Positions 51,901 through 64,000 of a stretch of 64,000 nt of DNA are shown here, piece after piece. A program made the position numbers and the translations under genes. Below the pieces are notes generated by a model, which had not been told where the DNA came from, did no database searches, and saw nothing but the letters and a program-made list of their open reading frames with translations. The DNA comes from Strigamia acuminata (taxonomy: Eukaryota), in the NCBI GenBank assembly GCA_949358305.1, contig OX442314.1, positions 33,294,001 through 33,358,000 of the forward strand, written 5' to 3'. Every line of letters starts with the position of its first letter. Position 1 is the stretch's first letter.

Positions 51901-52806
51901 CATTTACTTATAGTTACTTATACTTATACTTACTTATACTTGTACTTACTGGTTTACATAACAGTCAGGATTACCAATAATATTCATGCGTCATTGGGCT
52001 CTGTGACTCTCGGGTACCGAACTTTGATATTCAGTCCACTTCCTTTCCGTAAGGGGGCACCCCATTACTCTAAGTGTGGTTTACGGATTGCTTGTAGTAA
52101 ATGCTTTTGAATGATTTCTATTTCCTAGCACTCTGGCACAAAATACATTAACATAAAAACACGCCCACTGATTAAGTAGATAAAGAATTTTATTGTCAAA
52201 ACCGTTACAATTTGAATTAAAACTTTGGAATAAAGGTAAATATAATGCTTTTTACCTTTTTTTGAAATTTAACTTCCATTCCTGGTTCAGGTAGATGTTC
52301 TCATAATTTGCCATAATGGATAAAAATTGTCAATTACAAAAGGAAATGATTTTGTTGACTGGATGCGGGGCGTTTCATCTTAGACGATGTACAGCGACAA
52401 TGGTGGTGTAGTCAATATTATATTATATTATATTATATTCAAATCAAACAAATGCACAAAGCCCAGTCAGGTTGTTCGTTTGTTGATGATGATGGCATTA
52501 CACAAAATACACTTTCTCTATAAAAAAATTTATAAAATATATGTTGGGTGGCCCACAGAAAACAATACATGGAGGGTTACCAAAGGTGTCTAAAAAAAAT
52601 GTATGTGCCGTGTAATCTGATCGTCCCACGCGATCTCGTGCACGTCACGTAGACGTGACAGTCAGGGGGATGGAGACCCTTGGCCGTCCGTACATTCCAA
52701 CAAATCCACTCCACGGTACATCAGAGTGTATAATCGGATCTCCATGTTTCGTTAGACACATGTATTACATCTGCTCGTCAGTTGCAACTTTCTGAGAACA
52801 GCAATT

Positions 52807-52984
52807 TGGGGTGTTCTACCCCCACATCTGGCAACTGTAACAGAGTCAACTTTTATTGCTCTGACCGCTCCCTCTTCTTCCCCTCTCAAAAATAAAACGC
52901 AGTTTATACTCACCAACGCAACTACATGGATGCTTAGTTATTCAGCCTTGCTGTAACACAAAGGAAAGTTCCAAAAATACAATA
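52807..52984 (+). repeat. 5' LTR
   Basis: TGGGGTGTTC...AATACAATA with AATAAA inside. Confidence 0.95.
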
Positions 52985-52985
52985 T

Positions 52986-53003
52986 TGGCGACGAGGACGG
53001 GAT
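52986..53003 (+). promoter_or_regulatory. Primer-binding site, tRNA-Ser(GCT)-like
   Basis: TGGCGACGAGGACGGGAT is complementary to the recalled tRNA-Ser(GCT) 3' end with one difference. Confidence 0.8.
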
Positions 53004-53172
53004 AAATTGGATCCCACGTTAAATCATGAGTATCTTTTGATTGTTTTGAATTGTTTTTTGGCAACTTTTGTCCGTTTTTACGGAATGTTTTGACAAATCG
53101 CCCCTGGCGTTAGGCCTATTTTCGCGCCTGTGCATCATTTTAACCAGTTTTAATTATTTTTCGGTGTTTTGA

Positions 53173-56100
53173 ATGGCTGGTCACGCCACCTTCGAGTACT
53201 ACGACCCGAATAAGGACTGGGAACAATATGTTGAACGATTGGAAGCCTTTTTCAACTGCCATGGGATTGTTGCTGACGACCTCAAGGTCTCGTGGCTGAT
53301 GACTGTTGTGGGAGCGGACACGTACAAACTCTTGTCCGACCTGGCCCGGCCTATGAAACCCAAACAGAAAACCTTTGTGGAATTGACAACGCTTCTACAA
53401 AATCATCAACGGCCAAAACCACTGCAGTGCGCGGAGCGCTTTCGCTTTCAAAAACGCTCGCAGCTTCCAGATGAGTCAGCGGCTAAATTTGCAATTGCTT
53501 TGCAGGCACTCGCAGAGCACTGCGACTATGGTGAGGCACTTCCACTTCTATTGGCCGACCGGTTCGTCCAAGGGTTGCAGTCCGAGGTCATTCAACGTGC
53601 CATCGTCAACCTCGGCAAGGACGTGACGCTGGAGAAGGCTCTCCACACCGCCTCCGCGATGGAAACGACGATGCGTGAAGTCACCTTTTTCCAGTCGAGT
53701 GGGACAAAACCTGCAATTCATCAGTTGCAGCAACCACACCAAAAGGCGGCACGAGGCGGGAGGCCGAGCAACCGTGGCAAACGCTCCTCGAGGGGCACCA
53801 CGAGCGCATCGGCGCATTCAACCCCACGTTCGATGAAATGCATGTCGTGTGGCAGCGCAAATCACGCCAGAGATGACTGCAAATTCAAAGATGCAGTCTG
53901 CCATGGTTGTGGCAAGAAAGGGCACATTAAACCTGTCTGTTTGTCCGGTGGTAAGCCCCAAACTCACCGTGTGACACAGGATGTGTTGGACATGAATTTT
54001 TACCGTGTGGTTGCATCCGACCAACCTGCGGTTAATGCAGTCAAATTGACTCGATGGAAGCCACTCCAATTGACTATGGGGGTGGAAGGTGTGCAATTGC
54101 AAATGGAAATTGACACCGGGGCGGCCATGACGATCATTGGCCTCGAAACTTACAATAATTTCTTTGCTTCCGTTCCTTTACAGCCGCTCGATTGTTCCTT
54201 GTCCGGTTACGGTGGCTACCGTCTTCCCATGGAAGGAGTGTGCGAAGTGACGGTCACCTTCAAAGGCCGCAAATGCCTTCTCCCGATGGCAGTTTCGCGC
54301 GACGGCACCACACCACTGCTTGGACGTGACTGGCTTGGCATGTTTGGCCTATTATCAAAAGGAGGCATGGCCATGGGAGCAGACGAGGTTCTCCGGTGTG
54401 AGTCGGGTCAGCCCACTACACCGTCGAGCGTTCCACCGTTGGACCAACGCGCAGCCTCATCGTTGGAGGCACTTCTGTCGAAACACGCAAATGTGTTTCG
54501 TGATGAGGTCGGCTGTTATAATAGGTCCAAGGTGCGAATAGATGTAAACCCGGAAGTGGACCCCATCTTCCTGAAGGCGTACCCGGTACCGCTGGCCATG
54601 AAGGGTCTTGTCGAGACAGAGCTGCAACGACTGCAGCAATTGGGAATCATCACTCCCGTGGCATCGTCCAGATGGGCAACACCCATCATGCATGTCAAGA
54701 AGGCGGACGGCACAATCAAAATTGCGGGTTGTTACAACCGTACCGTCAACAAGGCAATCTTGCCCAACTCATACCCGTTGCCGCTCTTTTCCGATGTCGC
54801 AGCAAAGTTGGCCGATGGCGAGACTTATTCAACACTCGACCTCAATTCGGCGTACAATCAGCTCGAATTGGATGAGGAGAGTCGTGAGTATTGTACCATA
54901 AATACTCACATTGGCCTTTTTAGGGTGAACCGCTTATTTTATGGAATCTCATCGGCACCGGCAATTTTCCAACGCATTATGGACCAGCTGACGGCCCGGG
55001 TGGGCAACACCCAACCGTATATTGACGATTCGGCCGTAACCGGGAAGACCAATGAGATTCATCTTCGAAACTTGGATGAGCTCCTCGCCACGTTTGACAA
55101 ATCGGGCATGACGTTAAATCGCAACAAGTGTAAATTTTTGCAACCGTCGGTGCAAATTCTCGGATTGAACATTTCAAAGGCAGGAATCTCCCCGATCAAC
55201 TCTAAATTGGCTCCGCTTAGAGATGCCAGACGGCCAACAGACGTGACATCGCTGAAATCCTTTTTGGGCCTCATAAATTATTACGGAAAATTTATAGCGA
55301 ATTTGTCAACCATGCTAGAGCCACTATATCGGTTGACTCGCGACGATGTCACATGGCAGTGGACTGAAGAACAAGAGTCGGCATGGTGCACCGTGAAGAC
55401 TGCAGTGTCGGCAGAATCCGCCCTCGCCCACTACAACCCTTCCCTGCCATTGTTTCTAACTGTAGACGCCTCTCCAGTTGGAGTTGGTGCATTCTTATCT
55501 CATTTAGGTGCTGATGGACTTCACAAGCCAATCGCCTTCGCCAGCTCGCTTCTCTCCCCGGCGCAGAAAAACTACGCCCAGATTGAGCGCGAAGGATACG
55601 GCATAATTTACGGTATCCGTAAATTTCACCATCATCTTTTTGGTCGTAGATTTATTTTGCGCACAGATCACAAACCCTTGGTCTCCATTTTCGGAGACAA
55701 AAAGGGTTGTAATCAAGTTGTCGCTGCACGTTTGCATAGGTGGGCAGTATTTTTGTCTGCCTACGACTATGTGATCGAGCACGTGCCGGCCGCCGACAAT
55801 GCCATTGCTGATGGCTTGTCGCGCAATCCTCAACCGATTGTTGACTTGAAGGAGAGAGCTGAGTTGGGCATTGACTTAATTTTTCAAGCTTCAGTTTCAG
55901 ATTTTCCCGTTTCCAGTACAACGCTGAACACAGCCTACAAAGAAGATGCATTGTTGCAAGCCGCATTGCATTGCTTGAAGAACGGATGGACGAATCGTTC
56001 CCCCGACTTGGCTGCTTATTTTAAGCACCGAGACTCGTTTTCAACCTATAACGATGTGCTTTTTCTCTTTGACAGGCTCGTTATTCCGCTCACTTTGCGC

Positions 56101-57237
56101 CCAGCCGTCCTCATTGAGCTACATGCGGGACATTTTGGCATGGTGCGCACCAAATCGCTTGCTCGAGCAACCGTTTGGTGGCCAAACATAGATTCCGACA
56201 TCGAGGCAACAATTCGAGCCTGCTCAGTCTGCCAACACGCTTTGCCGGATCCGGCCAAAATTTCGAACGTTAAGTGGCCCATTCCAAGCTCTGTCTGGGG
56301 TCGCGTTCATTTGGACTTTGCGGGACCGTTCCACAACCAAATGTTTTTGCTGGCTGTCGACGCGAAGTCGAAGTGGTGCGAGGTGCAACTGATGCTGTCT
56401 ACGACATCCAGTGCCACGATTAAAGTGATTAAATCGTGGTTCGTTCAGCACGGACTTCCGCTCCATTTTCACACGGACAACGGTCCGCAATTTACGTCGA
56501 CAGAATTTCGCGATTTTCTCGCTTCAAACGGCATACGGCACACATTTTCACCGCCGTATCACCCAGCCTCTAATGGCGCTGTTGAGGGTTTTGTCCGAAC
56601 CTTCAAAACGCAAATTGATAAATACATGGCTACTAATTTGCCATTGCTCGAGGCATTGGCACAATTTTTGTTATCCTACAGGTCGACCCCGCACGTTACA
56701 ACCGGAAAATCGCCTGCCATGTTATTTAAAGGACAAGACATGAGAACTCGGTTGCATTTATTGAACCCAAAGTTGGCACTTGAAACATTGCCATTCGAAA
56801 CAAAACGTAATTTTGACGTCAATGATTTAATTTTGGCACGCGACTACCGTAGCGTGAACAAATGGGTGGCTGGCAAAGTCATTCGCAAGACGTCTACAAC
56901 CACTTATGACGTTGAAGTCGGAAATGGCATCGTTTGGAATCGTCACATTGACCAGCTACGCGGTCGTGTGAGCGGGTTGTCGTCTCCTCCTCGAGGGGGG
57001 GAAGGTGTGTGGGACTTTACACCCAACTTACACGATGTAGACCCGCCAGTTACTCCGCCAGTCGTCGCTGTCATTCCACCTGCAGTTTCAGTGCACCCAG
57101 CTTTATCGCCCGTTCCGCAGGTCGTACAACAACCAAATCCGCCGGTTGTCACTCAACCGACTGTTACGCCGATACCACGTAGTAACCAGCGACCATTACG
57201 CACTAGAAAAAAGACACAGTTCTATGGTTTTCCCTAA
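53173..57237 (+). CDS. Gag-Pol polyprotein (1354 aa)
   Basis: Two CCHC knuckles, protease IDTGA, RT LDL...YIDD, RNase H VDAS/ERE/TDH/ADGLSR, integrase HHCC and D-D-E, in Gypsy domain order and a single frame. Confidence 0.97.
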   Translation: MAGHATFEYYDPNKDWEQYVERLEAFFNCHGIVADDLKVSWLMTVVGADTYKLLSDLARPMKPKQKTFVELTTLLQNHQRPKPLQCAERFRFQKRSQLPDESAAKFAIALQALAEHCDYGEALPLLLADRFVQGLQSEVIQRAIVNLGKDVTLEKALHTASAMETTMREVTFFQSSGTKPAIHQLQQPHQKAARGGRPSNRGKRSSRGTTSASAHSTPRSMKCMSCGSANHARDDCKFKDAVCHGCGKKGHIKPVCLSGGKPQTHRVTQDVLDMNFYRVVASDQPAVNAVKLTRWKPLQLTMGVEGVQLQMEIDTGAAMTIIGLETYNNFFASVPLQPLDCSLSGYGGYRLPMEGVCEVTVTFKGRKCLLPMAVSRDGTTPLLGRDWLGMFGLLSKGGMAMGADEVLRCESGQPTTPSSVPPLDQRAASSLEALLSKHANVFRDEVGCYNRSKVRIDVNPEVDPIFLKAYPVPLAMKGLVETELQRLQQLGIITPVASSRWATPIMHVKKADGTIKIAGCYNRTVNKAILPNSYPLPLFSDVAAKLADGETYSTLDLNSAYNQLELDEESREYCTINTHIGLFRVNRLFYGISSAPAIFQRIMDQLTARVGNTQPYIDDSAVTGKTNEIHLRNLDELLATFDKSGMTLNRNKCKFLQPSVQILGLNISKAGISPINSKLAPLRDARRPTDVTSLKSFLGLINYYGKFIANLSTMLEPLYRLTRDDVTWQWTEEQESAWCTVKTAVSAESALAHYNPSLPLFLTVDASPVGVGAFLSHLGADGLHKPIAFASSLLSPAQKNYAQIEREGYGIIYGIRKFHHHLFGRRFILRTDHKPLVSIFGDKKGCNQVVAARLHRWAVFLSAYDYVIEHVPAADNAIADGLSRNPQPIVDLKERAELGIDLIFQASVSDFPVSSTTLNTAYKEDALLQAALHCLKNGWTNRSPDLAAYFKHRDSFSTYNDVLFLFDRLVIPLTLRPAVLIELHAGHFGMVRTKSLARATVWWPNIDSDIEATIRACSVCQHALPDPAKISNVKWPIPSSVWGRVHLDFAGPFHNQMFLLAVDAKSKWCEVQLMLSTTSSATIKVIKSWFVQHGLPLHFHTDNGPQFTSTEFRDFLASNGIRHTFSPPYHPASNGAVEGFVRTFKTQIDKYMATNLPLLEALAQFLLSYRSTPHVTTGKSPAMLFKGQDMRTRLHLLNPKLALETLPFETKRNFDVNDLILARDYRSVNKWVAGKVIRKTSTTTYDVEVGNGIVWNRHIDQLRGRVSGLSSPPRGGEGVWDFTPNLHDVDPPVTPPVVAVIPPAVSVHPALSPVPQVVQQPNPPVVTQPTVTPIPRSNQRPLRTRKKTQFYGFP

Positions 57238-57479
57238 GATTGTTTGTTGTGTTGTTTTATCTTATAGTGCATATTTTAGTGATTTTAGTATTAATCCATT
57301 TGTTTACTTTTACATCTTTTGACATTTTTCAATGTTTATTATTGCCCAATGTATTTCATTGTTGTTTGTTTATTTTTGTATTTGCTCTTAACGTGTCTTC
57401 ACGTCATGTTTATGTAATCACATTCCGATTACCCCTTTTCCTTTCCCTTTTCAATTGACTTCACCAATTAAGGGGATAC

Positions 57480-57657
57480 TGGGGTGTTCTACCCCCACAT
57501 CTGGCAACTGTAACAGAGTCAACTTTTATTGCTCTGACCGCTCCCTCTTCTTCCCCTCTCAAAAATAAAACGCAGTTTATACTCACCAACGCAACTACAT
57601 GGATGCTTAGTTATTCAGCCTTGCTGTAACACAAAGGAAAGTTCCAAAAATACAATA
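57480..57657 (+). repeat. 3' LTR preceded by PPT-like AATTAAGGGGATAC
   Basis: Matches the 5' LTR base for base by eye. Confidence 0.95.
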
Positions 57658-57979
57658 CAATTGAAGCTATTACTTATGACCCATCTCATCAAGTTAATAA
57701 GCAATTAGAATTTACTTTGGAAATCTCCGCCAAGACATTGATAGTTTTTCCACAGTTCGGGCAATAGTTCGCACGGGCCCTGCATGATTGACAAATCAAA
57801 TGTCGACATGCAAGTAAAATATCGCATTTCCTCACCGTGCAGACTTCGCACATACTGTCGTTTGCTTTCTCTGCTGATGCAGCTAGAAAAGAAATTAATT
57901 TTACATGAAATTTCTAAATTAAAAAAAAAATGTATTTTTAAAAAAAAAAATTTTAAGAAAGCTATTACCGACAAGTTTG

Positions 57980-58215
57980 TTTGGTCCGATTGGTTGATTG
58001 GTGGTACCAAACACTCCAACAGGTTGAATGATGGGAGCAATCGGTCTAATCGGTTGAATGATGGGAGCAATCGGTCTAATCGGTTGAGGGATCGGAGTAA
58101 ACGGTCCAATCGGTGGATGGATCGGAGTAAACGCTCCCATCAGATTATGGATGAGAGCAAATGCTCCACTCGGAGCGATTGGGTGATCAGACCCAACGCT
58201 TTGTTGATCGGATCT
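57980..58215. repeat. Degenerate 30-bp tandem repeat (cggttgaatgatgggagcaatcggtctaat)
   Basis: About 7-8 units. Confidence 0.85.
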
Positions 58216-58853
58216 AACATTTGAGTGATGCGATCTGCTGCTGCATTCACTTTGCCCAGACACCGTTGATGTCGTTGGGCTAAGTAACGGTGGCACTTCA
58301 CTTAGCCAGTTTTTGTCTTTAAAAAAGAAATAAATTAAATCATATAAATAAATTAAATTGGGTTCCATTTATTTGTACAATATTTTTCCTTATTTTTACA
58401 CTAAATAAAAACTAAATTTTACCTAAACCAACCTAACCTAACATAAACCAGTCTTTGATGTGTTAGAATTTTTTAGTGTGTGTGCATATCGTCGTGTATA
58501 AGCCGCCCAATTTATTCTGAAATTCGGACCTCTAATTGGGGGGGTCGGCTTATACGCACTGTGTATTCAAAAAAAATGTAACGTACGTGCTACGTTCGTT
58601 ACATTTTGTATTGTATATAAGACCAACCATCAAACAATCAGTCAATTTCATCAATTTTCGACTAAATTGTAGTCAATTTCATCAATTTTGTAAAAACTGA
58701 TGAATAGAGTGAAAGAAAAATAAGTGATGCCGTGGATGTGTCTTCTTTTGACGTGGTATGTTGCGGTTTGGCTTTAATCATCGCAGTGAGTAGTGACCAT
58801 CTGTTGTGGACATACCACATAAAGAGTGACAAATGGACACTTATAGCTGGTCC

Positions 58854-59008
58854 CAGTGCTGGACTGGCCCAGCGGGCTACCGGGAGTTTCCCGGTGGCCC
58901 GTGGCCGCTGTGGCCTGTCACGGCCCGCTCCAGCCTGTCCCGACTTTATTAATTGTGGCCCGGACACCCAGATTTCCCGGCAATAAATTTGTTCCCAGTC
59001 CAGCCCTG
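58854..59008. mobile_element. 155-bp hAT-type MITE
   Basis: TIR CAGTGCTGGACTGG / CCAGTCCAGCCCTG, perfect 8-bp TSD GCTGGTCC. Absent from the homologous copy near 39940. Confidence 0.88.
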
Positions 59009-59247
59009 GCTGGTCCTAAACTCAATCCCCAACACAAACACTTCATAGGTCTACGTGTTAGATACTAATTAATTAATTTCGTACTTTTGTAATGTATGGC
59101 TGGCGCCGAGCTTCCAAACCGTGCATTAACAATATACAACTCATTTAATTAAAACAAATCATTTAATCAAACATGAATTAACGAAAAAGAAGCATATGAA
59201 AAAAAAGCAATAAAACGTATTTTATTCAATGACACACTTTCAAAAGT

Positions 59248-60074
59248 TGTGGTGACCCAGTTGGATATGTGTCCCCCCAGGGCGGATACTTGTCCTCTGA
59301 GTCACTATGATTGAAGAGTCGTTCCCCCCCCCCCCCGAGTTGGCTCCACCTCCCCATGGCAGGTGTGTGCCCCGAGGGGGAGGAAGCGGCTGGTGGTCAG
59401 CCCCCATTGGTTGATCGCCGGCCCTTCACCCCACTGCATAAAAGGCTGTGTTTCCCGCCTAAAAGACAGAACTTACACAAACGACACCAAGAACACAGCA
59501 ACTACCTCACTGTCAGGCCAACTTCAACTACAAGTTAGGATTGATCGAGGATCGCTGAGTAAAGTGCAAACTGTAACTCTCACGAAGTCACTTGCGAGCT
59601 ATTCCTGCGAAAGCAAGAGAATAGCCCTTGTGAAATCACCCCGAATAATCGCCCAGACGATTATTCGCCGAAGTAAGTGTCCGAGTGCTTTGTAGGGAAC
59701 CCCAAAGTTCCTAGACGAGGCCTCTGCGACGCTAAACCAAACCCTAGACAACAGGCACGGATAGAAGACTCGAAAGAGCATTCCACCGCGTCCGTGAAGA
59801 CGAATCCGTGACGAATTAACGACAACTCGAGACGCCGCCTTTGTTCCGCCGACCACGCGGAACCGACGACGCCATCTTGGGAAATCCTTTGTTCGACTCT
59901 GACCAAGTCGACTTTAGTTGTATACTGAGTGTATTTTAAAGGCATAAAGCCTAGTGAATAAATTACCTGTTTATTTACATACATTTAGTATTCATTTGGG
60001 TATTTGCATAATTGATCACAGGTAAAGTATTACACGTTAGCGCTATTTAAACCTATACCAAGTAGGACGCGACA
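59248..60074 (+). mobile_element. Solo LTR (827 bp)
   Basis: TGT...ACA termini, 4-bp TSD AAGT, CATAAAA near 59437 and AATAAA near 59957. Confidence 0.8.
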
Positions 60075-60809
60075 AAGTTCTACTTAAGTTTTGTTTGAAG
60101 ATCTTGAAGATGGTGTAGATTCCAATGATATCCGTCTACAGTGTTCCATCCAGAACGGCTCCAATACTATTGCATTATTGTTCACTTTTAGTCCATATTT
60201 AGTTCATATTTAATTCATGTTTAGAGAACAAGACAGGAAACGAAATCTGCGTGTAAGTCACAGCGAGAAGCAACGTGTGTGTGTTCTGTCTCTCTGGAAA
60301 TCAAGTTGATATATCAGTTCTCACTCATGAATCATCATGACTCATTGAAACAATACAATACAATAGAATAGAGTATTTCAATCCACCTTCTTCCATTATA
60401 TTCATCTTGTTACACTTGATCATATTAAGAATTATAAAGCTTCAATGTATAATAATATATAATATATAATATTATACTAATATAATAATATAATAATATA
60501 ATAATATATCAGACCTGCAACCATGTCACACTTTAAAGTAAAACTTTTTTGAGAAATAAATTTTAAGAAGTAAAAGTTGTCCGACAGAGCGAAAATTCAA
60601 AGCAGATTTATTATAAAAATAGATGAAAGAAGCCAACTTAAAGTTATGCTGCAATTTCTAAGGGGGTAGAACTGAGTGTGCTTCTATCCATCACACAAGG
60701 ATTAAATGTCCTCCATATTGGATTTTTAGCAAAGTTATAATTTTGCTTTTATTCCACTCAACATTCACTTGAAATGCGCCACTGTAAAAATAATGACTAG
60801 AGAATTCTA

Positions 60810-62480
60810 TGTTCAAAAATCAATTTTCCTGGACAATTCTTTTTATTCCATTTTTATATTTATAAAAAATAAATTGAAAACTTTTCATGACAATCATCAT
60901 TTGTCTTCTTCAGCATCGAAGATTGGTTCATTATCTGATAAAAGATTCGTTCTACTTGTAAATAAATAACCGTGTTTAGAAATGTAGACCCCGTAGAATG
61001 AATCGTGTCTTTGTTTGTTCTGCTCGCCTCGTTTGCTACGTCTCCGGTTTGGCTCGTTGATGGCGAAATTTTAACTAGGTTTCAGTTCGAATTCGGTTGT
61101 TATCGGTGAAAATTATCTATTTCTTCAATGTGCATTTAAGTATTATGTAAGTTCTCGTTTTTTTCATTCCAATCGAAACGTTTCGTGTAAAATTTCCATT
61201 TTTTCGGATCGGTGTTGAGGGCTATTCTTTGACCGAAGCTGAATGACAGATTTGTGCTCTTGTGACTTCTGCTAGGCTGTACAAAATTACATTGTGAAGA
61301 ATTGAATTTTTTTGGAGCAAATTTTCCATTTTTCTTCATTTAAGTTTTAATTTTAGATGACATAATGGTCATTTGATCATGTCGTGACGTTTAAAATCTT
61401 CAGCATCGAAGATTCGTTCTACTCGTAAATTCCTATCCGTGTTGACAAATGTAGACCCCGTAGAATGAATTGTCTTTGTTCTGCTCGCCACGTTTGCTTC
61501 GTCTCCGGTTTGGTTCGTTGATAGCGATATTTGAACTAGATTTTCAGTTCGAAATCGGTTGTTCTCTGTGGGAATTATCTCCTGCTTCCATGTGCATTTA
61601 AGTATTTTGTAAGTTTCCATTTATTTCATTCCGATCGAAATGTTTCGTGTAAAAATTTCCATTTTCTCGGATCCGTGGCCTATTCTTTTAATATTTCGCC
61701 AAATTGTTGTATTTTTATTTATAATATTATCTGGTGATAAGATATAACGATTATCTCTTTGATCAAACCATTTAAATTTCAATAGCCCGCCTACTTGAGT
61801 TGTTCGAACCGCACGCCAGCATTTTCTGTTCGATTTATTTCGTTTTTTTCATTTTTCTTTCATCTCAGAATTTTTTTGGTGTTGTAAACCCACATTTCCG
61901 ACATGAAAGTGGCTTTTACACCATTTCGTTCTGTAAACCCGCATTCTTATGTGGTTGTGGGATTTTTTACGCGCTTGTATTGTAGGCCCGCATTCGTAAA
62001 TGTGTGCGGCATTTACATGATTTTATATAGTAAGACTGCATTCCTACATGAATGTTGCATTTACATTTTCTTGTGCTTGTTTTTGAATCACAATGTCAGT
62101 TCTCTGTATTCTTAAGTGGTCGTTTGGTCACTTGTGGGACTCGACAAATTTATTTAAGATCTTCTACTTTTATTTTTCCTCAATTTCTTTGTATTTACTC
62201 CCTCATAAGACGCTGCACTTGCAACATCGTTTCCGCACCACTCCTAAAATTACCCAACCATTTACTCAATTTTAATTAGTTTTTAATTAACTTGACTGCC
62301 ACTTGTATTGTAAGTCCACATTACACGAGTTCGTTCTGTAAGCCTACATGTATTTTAGGCCCGCATTCGTAAATGTGTGTGCGGCATATACATAATTTTG
62401 TATTTTAAGACTGCATTCCTATACGAATTTTGCATTTACATTTTTTTGCATGTTAATCACGTTGTTAGTTCTCTGTATTC
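60810..62480 (-). repeat. Repeat family A, tandem partial copies
   Basis: Two successive copies of the cagcatcgaagatt...tgtagaccccgtagaatgaa block, followed by the ~50-bp sub-repeat region. Confidence 0.85.
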
Positions 62481-63438
62481 AGTATTATAAATGCAATGTA
62501 ACTTTTCATTGGAACATCCAATCCCTCTTTAAAATACTTGCACCCTGATTGCACACAAACAGCTTCACAGTTAAGTTTGCTTCTTTTAACAATTGAAGGG
62601 TTTCTTTCAATGTTTCACTTTAACTGCTGGTTGGTGACTGCTTGCTTCCAGTTCATGTTTAATCCCCTCGTCAAAGTTACATTGCTGTGTGTGGTCACAT
62701 TTCCGGTGGAATTTTCTAGACCTAAAATAGTTTCAATAAACTGTTGTGAACGTTTGACACTTCTAAAACTTGTAATGGAGCTCTTTGGACTCTTAATTTG
62801 GTTGAAGATCCAAAATAAGGTGTGTGTATGGTCCTCAAGTGGAATAATGATAGTTCTTGTATACGAGAATCTACTACCAACACAACTGTCTTGGTCAACC
62901 AAACCTCCGGTATTCTATCACAAGGAATGATCATGCATTGTTCTTGCATAGCAGGCTTGGTAACTCCTCTTATCTTCATATTCCACATAGACTCCCTCAA
63001 AGTTTGCACATAGTCGAAGCTGCAAACGCCAATCTGTGTGGTGTAGTAAGAGAAGGATGGACACTTGTGTTTGTAAAAGGTTGATATTCCTAATTTTATA
63101 CTGCGAACCTTATTGAGCACCATTAGTTCATTACTCCATTGTTGCATGGCTGTTTCTTGTATGTATTTAACAGCTTCCATTTCTTTCATTTCTTACATTA
63201 TATCATTTCACGTTTTTTCTTTGCTGCTGGAAGTGATGGCTCACTCAAACTTGATGTGTCCTTTACAAACTTAAATGTCTTTCTGATGAGCTCTTCGACC
63301 ATGTCAGGCAATAGACTATGGCACTTTTCTATTGTCTGTAAATAACAGACGAAACCAAGGATCCAAAAACGTTGCTTTACACAAAACAAATGCATCTCCG
63401 CTATGATCATTGCCGTAATACCTGTCGATGATAAAAGC

Positions 63439-63605
63439 GGGTCCAATCGTTTAGTCGACTGTCGTCTAGTCGACGACAGCGACTAAACTATCATTTAGTC
63501 GGCAAAATGTTTAGTCGACTGTCGTCTAGTCGACGGTTTTACTTCTGGTCGCCTAGTCGACCAACTCTTTAGTGACGTCTAGTCGACGTTACGCCTAGTC
63601 GACGT
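63439..63605. repeat. TAGTCGAC-rich repeat cluster, probably one end of a Mutator/foldback-like element
   Basis: About eight tagtcgac-type units after a GGGTCC start. The other end is not seen in the window. Confidence 0.55.
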
Positions 63606-64000
63606 AAGCAGCTTGTGTCATCAGTATATAACCACAGCTAATGTTCGAGTCATTCAAATAAAACTCACTAAAAACAAAACAGAAAACGCGTTCATAAAGT
63701 CATCTTTATGCTGTTACGCATGTTCTGTTGTTTAAATATCGTGCGCATGCCCACTGAGACTGAAAACAGACTAAATCGGCCGCCATTTTTGAAGTTAAAA
63801 GTTTATATTATTTTAAAAATATGGCTAGGGTAATAACATGTAGAAGAACTGCTTCTTTGCAGCCATTTGATGCTCTAGTTTTATATTCTTTTCTTTTTTT
63901 TCTTTGTTTTTTAAAGTGTAGTTGCCAGTAATTTATGCTGCAATCAATCCTTGTGTCAAGACTTCTTTAACTTACAATATGTAAATCTACACTGACCGAT

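Larger units (their letters stand above)
52807..57657 (+). mobile_element. Full-length Ty3/Gypsy LTR retrotransposon (Mag-like clade)
   Basis: Two apparently identical 178-bp LTRs, 5-bp TSD CAATT (52802-52806 and 57658-57662), PBS, PPT and an intact gag-pol. Confidence 0.97.

Noticed and set aside
53292..57152. Small ORFs overlapping gag-pol; env or chromodomain
   Set aside because: These are shadow ORFs. The C-terminus is only Pro/Val-rich, and there is no room for env before the PPT.
57705..58368. Three ORFs of 134-149 aa
   Set aside because: Produced by a 30-bp tandem repeat that is open in several frames.

Overview
AT-rich, repeat-dense animal genomic DNA, probably invertebrate, with spliceosomal introns. 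I found no prokaryotic operons, CRISPR array or rRNA/tRNA genes. Recognisable genes: a two-exon BAG2, two divergent intronless SRPK-family kinases lacking the spacer, an intron-containing WS/DGAT acyltransferase, an intronless PABPN1-like RRM gene plus a second RRM fragment, and a three-exon divergent Otx/otd-like K50 homeobox gene. Two small spliced ORFs that the ORF track does not assemble also emerge. The rest is nested mobile DNA and gene debris: an intact young Ty3/Gypsy (Mag-like) element with identical 178-bp LTRs, an unusual LTR-like element whose ends are 85-bp inverted repeats, solo or partial LTRs, BEL, Harbinger, MULE and LINE remnants, several MITEs with visible TSDs, minisatellites, and multi-copy decayed HECT-ligase, Kelch and macro-domain fragments. 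One Kelch fragment forms a long hairpin. Everything was read by eye and family names come from remembered motifs, not database searches.
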